Source of the DNA: Ginkgo biloba
Taxonomy: Eukaryota; Plantae; Ginkgophyta
Direction: 5' to 3'
NCBI GenBank assembly: GCA_024626585.2
Contig: JANKJI020000002.1
Location: forward strand, 8,378,641 to 8,395,792
DNA length: 17,152 nt
In this document: piece after piece, positions 1-8,851 of the stretch
How the letters are laid out: each line of letters starts with the position of its first letter
How positions within the stretch are numbered: the stretch's first letter is position 1
Notes under the pieces: model-generated
Seen by the model: the letters and a program-made list of their open reading frames with translations, nothing else
Database searches by the model: none
Told to the model about the DNA's origin: nothing
Made by a program: the position numbers and the translations under genes

Positions 1-660
1 AATAAATACTCCACTACTTCAACTTGTCTTTAGATTACTAGTTCATGGGCTTGAGTTTAAATTTAGAGCATGGATGTTAGAACTACTTCCTTTTTCTATA
101 TGTTAATTCCTAATTCCATCAGATGCCTACTAAGATTGATTACACACCCACCAACATCCCTCACTATGTTGCATTTTAACTTTGAAGTTACCTCTAACTT
201 AGCTTGAACCATTGTAGTTAGGCATAACCATTATGACTCATTGTACACTATATTAAAATTATTCACCACTATAAGCTCCTATTCTAAATTCTCTTATATA
301 ATCATTTTTGTTTAAGCCCAAAGAGGAAATTAGAATTATTTAAATCATCCTTTAAGCATTCTTGCACCTTGAGAAATTCATGTTGGAAAATTTTCTTTTG
401 ATTCACAACCTTATTTTTATTTGAATTATGGTTATACCTCTACTTGTAGTATTGTCATGAATAAAAAGGCTACTATCCATCATTACTAAACATACTTATA
501 ATATACTATGATTGAGTGATAGATTTGGATGCATATTTGAAGGGTTGAATGGGCATATTCTATGATAATATCCTTAAATTATTTTTAGAAACCTTGTAAA
601 TCCTTATGAGATCATGATTATGCCTTAGGTATTTAAANNNNNNNNNNNNNNNNNNNGCAT

Positions 661-890
661 AAACCTATACTTGTCACCTCATGAGAATATATTTTCCTCT
701 ATGTACACCTACGCTCATCACCTCATGAGGATTTTCCTCTTGTGAACTTACTACTAACACCTCATGACGATATCCTTTCCCCTATGTCAATTTACCCTTA
801 TCACCTCATAAGGATACCTTTTTTCATATGTAAACTTCCCCTTATTTCCTCATGAGGATAAATATTCTATATTTAAGTTTACCCTCATTA
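661..890. repeat. Degenerate ~44-bp tandem repeat (5 copies plus a partial) with palindromic core CCTCATGAGG
   Basis: CCTCATGAG-like cores start at 678, 721, 760, 804 and 848 (spacing 43/39/44/44). Most are followed by GATA..TTTCC..TATGT-AAAC-like sequence. Confidence 0.85.
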
Positions 891-2050
891 TATTGCTAAT
901 GGTAACTTTTAACTTGTAATTGCCATGTTATCGTAATGCCATCCATCACTTCAATTATCCTCATCCTCAAATGAGAATAATCATTATCATTAATTGGTTA
1001 GTGATGAATACTCTCTATATAAAATAGAGTGTATCATCTATCAATATCATTGGTTGATTCAAATAATGATTGAGGGTTGACTATCATTATACAAAGTAGT
1101 TGTTATCAAGAGATATTTGTTTCAAACAAGGGTTATATTTTAGAAGAGAGTGTATAAAGGAATTACTATGGTCATAGAGAAAGTATAGCAACATAAACAA
1201 ACAAAATATGTGACATATTGAAGGCCATTAAGAAGTAACAGAAATAAAGAGAAAGGCCAAAGAAGAACTAGGAGAGAAAGAAAAAGAACAATAAGACATG
1301 GAACTTAAAGAGGAAGACACAAATGAATATGGAGCGACTATAGTCAAAGAAGAAGCCATAATGATGCCATAAATAGTCCCTAAAAAATTAAAAGTGAGGA
1401 AATAGATTAACTATTGGAAGATTATTAAGAGAAATAAGGTGTTGGAATCTCTCGTGAGAGGGGTAAAGATCTACTATATGTGCTATAACACATACTAGTT
1501 CAATTTCAATTCTATATAGATATTGCAATTTGTTTAGAATTCTAATGATAAGGTGTTAAGGATTAATAGGTGGATTATTATGATGATAAATGAACTAATT
1601 AGAAGAGAATCCTATGTATAGACAACATATGGGCAAGCAAAGGGTCACCAAAGGATGTTTTGGAACTAGTCAAATATTTTATGCTAGATCACCCCTTGAG
1701 GGTGTAGACACTAGTACTAGAATTCACAAAAAATTAGTATCAACACCTTAGAATATCCTATCTCTAATGGTATCAAAATACATTTTTGTATAGAAACATC
1801 CTATATTGTTATTCAGCCTACATTTTCAATTATGTTTATCTTAGAGAAAATGAGAACCTATAGACTTAGGACATTACTTATTCAAAATTATTAACAATAA
1901 CTTCACTAGATGGAAGGAATAGGATAAATAAATTTTATGGATTGGGCTTATAAAACTTATGATCAATCATGTGCTAGGATGGATATAGGAAAGGAGTCTA
2001 CCTAGTTTAAAATTTGGTAGCATCTCAACCCTCACCTTATTAGAGACCAA
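661..2050 (+). mobile_element. Decayed Ty1/copia-like LTR retrotransposon 5' end (LTR, PBS, gag relic); boundaries approximate
   Basis: TATA-like CTATATAAAA at 1015-1024 and tRNA-iMet PBS-like TGGTATCA at 1768-1775. From ~1902, with one frameshift, FTRWKE*DK*I/FMDWAYKTYDQSCARMDIGKEST*FKIW*HL fits the copia gag (UBN2-type) pattern W...D....W.....vig..st...iW..L. Confidence 0.5.
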
Positions 2051-3072
2051 AATTATTGATAATAGTTGAAGAAGAATCAAAGGAAGAAGAATAAGAAGAT
2101 ACCCTGGATAATGCTAAGACTTTAATAAAAGTCACAATTACATCATTACGGGATGACAAGAAGGATATCATACCATAGAATCAAGCATTGAAGAGAGAAA
2201 ATCAAGTTGGGGAACAAGGCTCAAAAAAGCCATTGGAATTTGGTTCCTCTATTTTTACAAATGAAGTTGGATTACACATATAGACTCTTCAAGAGAAGCA
2301 TGTAAGGGATGAGGTTGAAGAGGAAAAATTTAGGGAGATTGAGGTACAATGTGATCCCACCATATAGATTAAGTTATGGCTCTCCTTAGATCCACATGCA
2401 AATGATTCCTCATAAGGTTCACAACATATTCCACACAGGCATATAATTCTGCACAAGTGATATGTTTATGAATCTAGACTGTATTTGTTAATTTTTAAGA
2501 AAAATCCATCTTGCAGTTAAATTTGGATAAAAATATGTGTGGTTTTAGCTGATGAATGATAAGGTAAAAGTTGCATTGATTTTTATAGGATTTTAAACGA
2601 GCCCAAAAAGATGAAAAATGGAGTCGTGGTTCAAAAATTATTCTAAAGGAATTAGTGGCCTAAGAAACCATGGAAATAACATGTTTTTCTTTTAGCTAGA
2701 AAATGATTTTGATACAACTTCTTCATGTCATGTCGGATGCTCTTGCAACCACCAGAAAACATCCTAAAATGGGATAATTCCTTTAACTTTAAAGTTTTAA
2801 ACTTCAAATTATTATAACTTTGAAGTCTTTCTAGTTTAAAGGTACACGTTAAACTTTCAAAGTTACCTACGCCCTAGTCTTGGCTGCACTGGCTCCCTGA
2901 ATGACCAAGGGAGGTGTTCGACCAAGAAAGGAAGATGGATTCCTGGCCCTGACTTTTTCTNNNNNNNNNNNNNNNNNNNNNNNNNNNNNNNNNNNNNNNN
3001 NNNNNNNNNNNNNNNNNNNNNNNNNNNNNNNNNNNNNNNNNNNNNNNNNNNNNNNNNNNNAAAGACTCTTAC

Positions 3073-3152
3073 CCACGAGTACCCTTAAGGTTCTGGGTGA
3101 ACACACGAGAAAAAGCATCCGGAATGAGCCTAGCGAGACCAAAATCGGAGAC
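3073..3152 (-). CDS. Kinase exon 5 (80 nt; [27 protein letters not shown], activation loop)
   Basis: Acceptor ATATCAG| at 3153 and phase-2 donor GG|GTAAGA at 3072, the usual RLK intron position in GTxG|Y. Confidence 0.92.
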
Positions 3153-4506
3153 CTGATATCACAAATAAAGTGAGCAACAACCACAATTAGTTGTAAATCA
3201 CAGGAATCAGAGCTTCAGAGAATATTGATGGCCAGTAAATAAGCCTCTCACCTTAGCTTCAAAATTTTCATCGAGGAGAATGTTTGATGATTTGATATCC
3301 CTATGAATAATCCGTGGATTACCTGCAATTTCTTATAAAGATAATTACTTTAAAAAAAAAAAAAAAACTCAATAAGAGCATTTTCTTAAGCCGCAGATTA
3401 GTGCCCAAGTATAGGGAGAAAGAGGGCACGTTTCAACTCACAATCCCTGTGCAAGTACGCGAGTCCTCGAGCCACGCCGGTTGCAATCTTCAACCTGGTA
3501 GCCCAATCCAGATCAGTTGGCTTGCCTTCTCCATGGAGATGTTTCTCCAGCGTGTCGTTCGGAAGAAACTCGTAAACAAGCAAACGTTGGGCAGCCTCGG
3601 CCATGCAGTACCCAACCAAACTAACAAGGTGTCGATGATGTATCCGGCTCATTATCTCCACTTCTGCTTTGAATTCAGGCTCTCCCTGATCCGAATTGGG
3701 TTTGAGCCGTTTGACTGCAATCAATTTGCCATTGAAATTGCCTTTATACACATCTCCAAACCCTCCTCCTCCTACCAAGTTAGCCGTGGAGAAATTATTG
3801 GTAGCGTCCTCCAATTCTTGATAGCTGAATGGATGTGGTAAGTGCGCGAAGCTTGGGATCTGAGGGAGACTGAATTTTCTTCTATCCACATTTCTGCCTT
3901 GCACGAGTGGCTGCAGCTGCGGCCCGGGATTGTAGTTTCCAATATTCTCAGCATTAATATTCGTCACACTCTCTGGCGGCACAGCAAGATCACTTATGCC
4001 TCCTGTTAAAACCTGCACGCTCCAATTAGAAAAAACACATGGAAATCCAGTGTGAAATGAATGTAATACTAACCAATGATAAAAATACAGAATGTGCAGC
4101 CTGACCTCCTGATGCAGCGCCAGAATCGACAGCATCCACACTTCTGCCTTGCACGAGTGGCTGCGGCTGCGGCGGCCGCGGCCCGGGATTATTTTTTGCA
4201 ACATTATCAACATCAATTTTCACCACGCTCTTTGGCAGTGTATCGACATCACTTATGACTCCTGTTAAAACCCGCACACCCAAATTAGAAAATAAAAAAC
4301 ACAAGGAAATCCAGTGTGAAATAAATGTAATAGTAACTAATGCTAAATACAGAATATGCAGCCTGACCGGAATCGGCAGCCTTTTTTACATCTCCAAAAT
4401 CGTTACTCTGGCAGCACATTTTCACCGCAACAACTCCTGAAACTATGAGTAATAACATGATAACGAGTACGCCTATAGTTCCACTTTCTCCTAGGGTTTC
4501 AAACAT
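3073..4506 (-). CDS. PERK-family (proline-rich extensin-like receptor kinase clade) Ser/Thr RLK, 5' partial gene model join(4506-4368,4261-4106,4002-3442,3322-3252,3152-3073)
   Basis: The spliced frame is open throughout, with GT-AG introns of 106, 103, 119 and 99 nt. It has a TM helix at aa 11-28 and kinase motifs [68 protein letters not shown] and DFG, characteristic of PERK kinases. Subdomains VIII-XI were not found in the window. Confidence 0.9.
3252..3322 (-). CDS. Kinase exon 4 (71 nt; [24 protein letters not shown], catalytic loop)
   Basis: Acceptor TTGCAG| at 3323 and donor AAG|GTGAGA at 3251. Exon size and content are typical of PERK/RLK genes. Confidence 0.93.
3442..4002 (-). CDS. 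Kinase exon 3 (juxtamembrane plus kinase subdomains I-VIa)
   Basis: Acceptor TTTTAACAG| at 4003 and donor T|GTGAGT at 3441, after GLAYLHRD. Corresponds to the core of ORF 3398..4216. Confidence 0.92.
3884..4380 (-). repeat. Intragenic tandem duplication: units 4380-4134 (247 bp) and 4133-3884 (250 bp), each exon tail + intron + exon head
   Basis: Introns 1 and 2 align end to end (GTCAGGCTGCAYATTCTGTATTT...ATTTCACACTGGATTTCC...TTTCTAATT...GGTTTTAACAG). The exon parts also align: [19 protein letters not shown] vs [19 protein letters not shown], and AADS vs AVDS. Confidence 0.95.
4106..4261 (-). CDS. Kinase exon 2 (156 nt, symmetric phase 1-1, juxtamembrane, duplication-derived)
   Basis: Acceptor TTTTAACAG| at 4262 and donor G|GTCAGG at 4105. 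Encodes [52 protein letters not shown]. Confidence 0.75.
4368..4506 (-). CDS. Kinase exon 1: 10-aa N-terminus, transmembrane helix [18 protein letters not shown], then KMCC
   Basis: ATG at 4506-4504 in an A-rich context (ACAATAATG), with an in-frame TAA upstream at 4557-4555. Phase-1 donor G|GTCAGG at 4367. Confidence 0.8.
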
Positions 4507-4558
4507 TATTGTTGTTGTCTCAGAAGAGGAGATGGAGATTCGAATCGGCTGAGCTTAT

Positions 4559-4701
4559 CTGTAAAGGTAGAGATGGAAATTAGTGGTCGACCAAATACAG
4601 AAGATGTTGATAATATTCTCTGTTTTGAGACAGTAAAACGCCACCGACTACTGCGACGAACCGAGGCTTAATTGGGACACATGGTAGTGAGACTAACTTA
4701 C
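4559..4701 (-). other. Probable 5'-UTR intron of the kinase gene
   Basis: Donor TGG|GTAAGT at 4701 (alternative GTGAGT at 4765), branch-like CACTAAT at ~4585-4579, and pyrimidine tract TTTCCATCTCTACCTTTACAG| ending at 4559. Confidence 0.55.
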
Positions 4702-5606
4702 CCAAGGAGCCTACCCACAAACAAAAATAACAGTCGGAACAAGCTCTTTTACTCTCTGTACTCACATAAACTTTTCGTTGAATGCTAAATGAGATCGAAC
4801 TCGGGTTTTTTCTCTACGGACATGTCCGCAAGATTACATTTGGAGAGCCTTTTCTGTTCATTTTCCGCAGAATTTTGAAACTACTTTTCTGGACCACATT
4901 TCCTTTCTTCATATGCCGTTCTAATAAAGTATGTCGGTGATTGAAATAACGCAGGTGTGGAAGAACAAACGAAATTCATAGTTGGATGCTCTCGAATATA
5001 CCAATTTTTGTCTTGTTTTTCTCTATTTTACCCCGCTCATCACCCATATGCCTCGCATCTTCCGTCTATCACACCCATGTCATCTTTTGTCTCACTAATC
5101 CATTGCACTCTAAAACCAATCTACATAGTTTACACTCATCCTCTGTTTACACCATTCTTCCATTCAACACATCTAATCTCTTTAACAGTTCGCCCATTGC
5201 CATGTTAGCATCGCTCATTGTTCCTNNNNNNNNNNNNNNNNNNNNNNNNNNNNNNNNNNNNNNNNNNNNNNNNNNNNNNNNNNNNNNNNNNNNNNNNNNN
5301 NNNNNNNNNNNNNNNNNNNNNNNNNCCACAGTGTAACTTCACCGAAATGGATCAAATACTTCAGAATGGTCTCTCCTGGCTTACTGCTCTGAGACTCCTC
5401 GTCACTCCGATCCCTCTCAGCTGCTTAATGCATATAACTCACAATGAACTCCACTATGAGTTATCTCTACTCCACTCATCTTCCTCCTTGCTCTGCAACT
5501 CGGTAGTACCTCATTGCATCAGCTCTGTCTCATACTGAATCACTCTTCAAACCAATAGCATAATGGTCCTTTTTTTTTCTCTTCCTAAATGACTTCCTGT
5601 TCAACA

Positions 5607-5615
5607 TATTTATAG
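5607..5615 (-). promoter_or_regulatory. LTR TATA box (CTATAAATA) pointing toward the kinase gene
   Basis: Consensus plant TATA located ~840 bp inside the TG-start of the LTR and followed by purine-rich R/U5-like sequence. Confidence 0.6.
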
Positions 5616-5996
5616 ATTCAGATCCAATGGATTTCTTGTTCTTGTGCCAAATGGCTCTCTCGGCCCTAATGGATCTGTTAGGTGAGATTTAATTTTTGTA
5701 ATAGCTCGGTCATTATTGTTCACATGCTCACAGGGGTGGTTTCTTCCATCGAAATCCTTCACCATGTCTGTCGTATGCATTGGCTCACCGACGCAAGTCG
5801 GTCTTGGCCTTCATCGGTCTGAACTGTCATCTATTTGCCTTTGCATGGCCACCTCATGTTAGTTTGCACTCCTCCAATAGGGTCTGTTACTCCACGGTCC
5901 TATCAACGTTGTCAGTCCCTGCCTTACTGACGTATGTCAGATTCTCTTATCACCAACAAGGTTCACTAACTGGCTGACAGGTGAATGTCAAATTTC

Positions 5997-6350
5997 TCTT
6001 TCACTAACGAAGTTAGTTTGCTACCTCATCGATGATGTCAGTCTACTGATCCAACGATGGCGTCGTTCATCTACTCCATCGACGATGTCGATCCTCTACT
6101 CCACCAATGATGTCGGTCCTTTGCTCTACTGATGAGGTCGGTCCTTTTCTCCACTGATGAGGTCGGTCCTTTATTCCACTGATGAGGTTGGTCCTTTGCT
6201 CCACCAACGGGGTTGATTTTCTTCTCCACTGATGAGGTCAATTTTCTTCTCCACCAATGAGGTCAGTTTTATTCTCCACCGATGGGATAGGTTTGCTTCT
6301 CGACCGATGGGGTCAGTTTTCTTCTCCACTAACGAGGTTGATTTTCTTTG
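5997..6350. repeat. 25-bp tandem array, ~14 copies, consensus ~CTCCACYGATGAGGTCRGTYYTTTT, inside the LTR U3
   Basis: The RAYGR register recurs at 6006, 6031, 6056, 6081, 6106, 6131, 6156, 6181, 6206, 6231, 6256, 6281, 6306 and 6331, an exact 25-bp period. Confidence 0.95.
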
Positions 6351-8450
6351 GTTTCATCGACGGTGTCAGTCCTTCCCCTACCGACACTCATTGGTTTTGC
6401 TTCGGTTGACGCCCATCGACCCACCGACGTAGTGAGCGCCGGATGCTCCTACATCAATCTCCCCACCTTAGAAAAAGGTGCAGGTCCTCTTGCACACCTC
6501 CAGCTTAAAAAATCTACCACTTCTGCCGATCCAAAGCTCTGAGTTCTTCCTCNNNNNNNNNNNNNNNNNNNNNNNNNNNNNNNNNNNNNNNNNNNNNNNN
6601 NNNNNNNNNNNNNNNNNNNNNNNNNNNNNNNNNNNNNNNNNNNNNNNNNNNNGAGAATCTCCTCACCAAATCCATATCCTTTGACCCACAAATCTTGTAC
6701 TGCTAGACATCCTATCAATTTGTACACATCAAAACCATATAATTTAAATACCACAAACAAACTCAAATAAAACATCAATAATTTTCCACCAGCTAGTCAA
6801 ACTTCAATCATACTAGCACTAATAGTAAAAACCTTTTCTACATTTGTAAGCCTGTTGGCCAATATGTTGGAGGTGCATTTCTTGAGCTTGAGTTCTCAAG
6901 GTAGAAGTTGAAACCAGGCTTACAATCACCGTTAGCCAAAGAAGATGATTAATCCCCCCTCTTCCCCTCACCAAATTATGTTGTTGACTTTTGTATTTAC
7001 AGGTATTAGGTCCATGATATTTGATATAATTATCACTTATATATGGTCCCCTCTCAACTTAATATTTCTACCTAATGCATATGTCCCTATCAGAGTGTGT
7101 GATTAAGAAATTAATTAATCAAACTAATGAAAAATATTTTTGTTTGATATGAAGCTTTGAATGAGGCACTGAGTAAAGAAGTATAGAAACTGAAGATTGC
7201 AACTAGTGAGATTTCTCTGAGCAATGGAAATAGAGGTACTCAATAGGAGTCAAATCTATCTTACTTATCTCAGTCTCAAAGGTTGTAGCATCTCTAACAT
7301 ACTCACTATGCTCTTAACAACCAACCTCTACTTGGACAGTCTCAACATGCAATGCTATGAGTTGGTGGCAGCATTGGCAATAAAGGTGGTCCATTTGCAA
7401 AATCATAAGCCTCCTCTCTTGCTACTAGCCAGCTCATCAATACCTCCTTTTAGATTGGACTTTGGCTATAATTGAGGCGGTCAACTATTGTAGCTATTCA
7501 CAAGTGGCCCTTAATTAGCCATTGCTGATTTTTGGCACACTTCACATCCATCGTCGTTACCCAAATTCAGTGTAAAAAAGGCGAACCGGCTTTTATTATC
7601 TGATTATTAACCATCGGCAGATGAGAATAAATATACACTGTAAACATCCTGACACTAAAACTTAGTGGAGTATATGTTACTCAGATTGACCAGTTTCTAT
7701 CTTCAACGTACAAAATCTCTGCCAAGATGTTTGGATGGAGTACTACCACGTCATCGAAGTGGGCGAGAATTATTAGAAGTTGATGTTGGAAATAATGACG
7801 TCTCCTTATCGCTTGTAGGTCATTTCCCCGGATCCAGATTTACCTCAACGAATTGGTTAGTAAATCAATGGGTTGTAGTGATTATTGGTCATTGGCCATT
7901 CACTTACGGTTGTGCAGGCGGTTGTTTCTCACTTCTTCTTGCCTCCATTTGCAAAATTATCATTTGCCTTTTGATTTCTTGTAGTTGCTCAACCAACAAG
8001 GTTGGAACTGTTTCCAAGAGCCTTTCGACAACTTCTATGTGGATTTTTTTTTTTNNNNNNNNNNNNNNNNNNNNNNNNNNNNNNNNNNNNNNNNNNNNNN
8101 NNNNNNNNNNNNNNNNNNNNNNNNNNNNNNNNNNNNNNNNNNNNNNNNNNNNNNATCCAACTCTATTCCATTATTGTTGGGATCGTAATTTAAAAAAAAC
8201 CACTAAAAATAGGCCAAAATTAATAATTTTAGGGGAATTTGAACTTCTTATGACTATCTCGGGGATCATACGAGGTCATTTTAAATTATTATAGATTGAA
8301 TAGGAGTGTATTGGGTAATTATTCAATGAGGAACTATCGTGAGCTCAATTTGATACTTAATACAAAATTAATTTTTAAAAGACTATCCAAAAAGGGATAA
8401 AATAGGCCCATTAGGGAACCGGGACTTCCCAAGCCCACCCCAAGCATAAT

Positions 8451-8851
8451 TGTTAGAAAATAATGTTGTTAGTGGCCATATTTATGGTTAGTAGTCAAAT
8501 TAGTCATATATTAGTGTAAGTTAATGTGGTCACATATTTAATGGAAAGTTGGAATAATGTAATATCCTAGGTTTGAGTGAAAATGTAATGTAAGTGAATA
8601 CTTATCACACTTATAGTAAATTAGTTTCAAACTTAGATTCCATGGGAGTTACAAATTGGAGTCATTAAATTGAGGGGCAGACTTGTATTGAATGTAATTC
8701 AGACCAAATCAATATGTAAGAATATATCAATTTTATTATTGAATCTCTCAATTCTTATGTTGTATTTTTGTGATTACAATTCTAGAGTTTGGGCTTATGC
8801 CAAACTCTAAGTCTTATGTTGTGCAACTCTAAATTTTTGTACATGGTATCA
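8451..8851 (+). mobile_element. ~393-bp LTR (TGTTAG...GTACA, 8451-8843) followed by PBS; probably the 5' LTR of a copia-like element
   Basis: TG..CA termini, TGGTATCA immediately after the LTR at 8844-8851, and a decayed TATA-like CATTAAATTGAGG at ~8663. Confidence 0.6.

Larger units (their letters stand above)
5326..6552 (-). mobile_element. Ty3/gypsy chromovirus-type (CRM/Galadriel-like) 3' end: integrase/chromodomain tail, PPT and 3' LTR
   Basis: The minus strand from 6552 reads EEELRALDRQKW*IF*AGGVQEDLHLFLRWGD* (chromodomain-like tail). It is followed by PPT AAGGTGGGGAGA (6469-6458), an LTR starting TGATGTAG at 6456, and TATA CTATAAATA at 5615-5607. The LTR end is probably lost in gap 5226-5325. 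Confidence 0.7.

Noticed and set aside
1930-2005. G-patch-like reading YGLGL*NL*SIMC*DGYRKG
   Set aside because: The match is weak, and the other frames fit copia gag better given the PBS just upstream.
2782-2865. Clustered AT-rich palindromes (AACTTTAAAGTT, ACTTCAAA..TTTGAAGT)
   Set aside because: Short, low-complexity motifs common in repeat-derived DNA; no function can be supported.
3314-3841. 175-aa plus-strand ORF
   Set aside because: It is the antisense shadow of kinase exon 3, starts at a non-ATG codon and runs through the intronic poly-A.
3398-4216. 272-aa ORF taken as the complete protein
   Set aside because: Its N-terminus reads exon 2 out of frame and through intron 2, and its C-terminus reads into intron 3. 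The spliced model explains the sequence better.
6129-6240. Repeated CTGATGAG (hammerhead ribozyme core) in an LTR, suggesting a retrozyme
   Set aside because: No stem II followed by GAAA on the same strand and no stem I/III pairing. The motif is simply part of the 25-bp monomer.
5997-6350. CRISPR-like regular array (also 661-890)
   Set aside because: The units are contiguous and homologous over their whole length, with no unique spacers or cas genes, and the context is eukaryotic.
6845-6925. 11-bp inverted repeat TTGTAAGCCTG...CAGGCTTACAA as a possible MITE
   Set aside because: Only ~80 bp long with no clear TSD. More likely an internal structure of LTR-like sequence.
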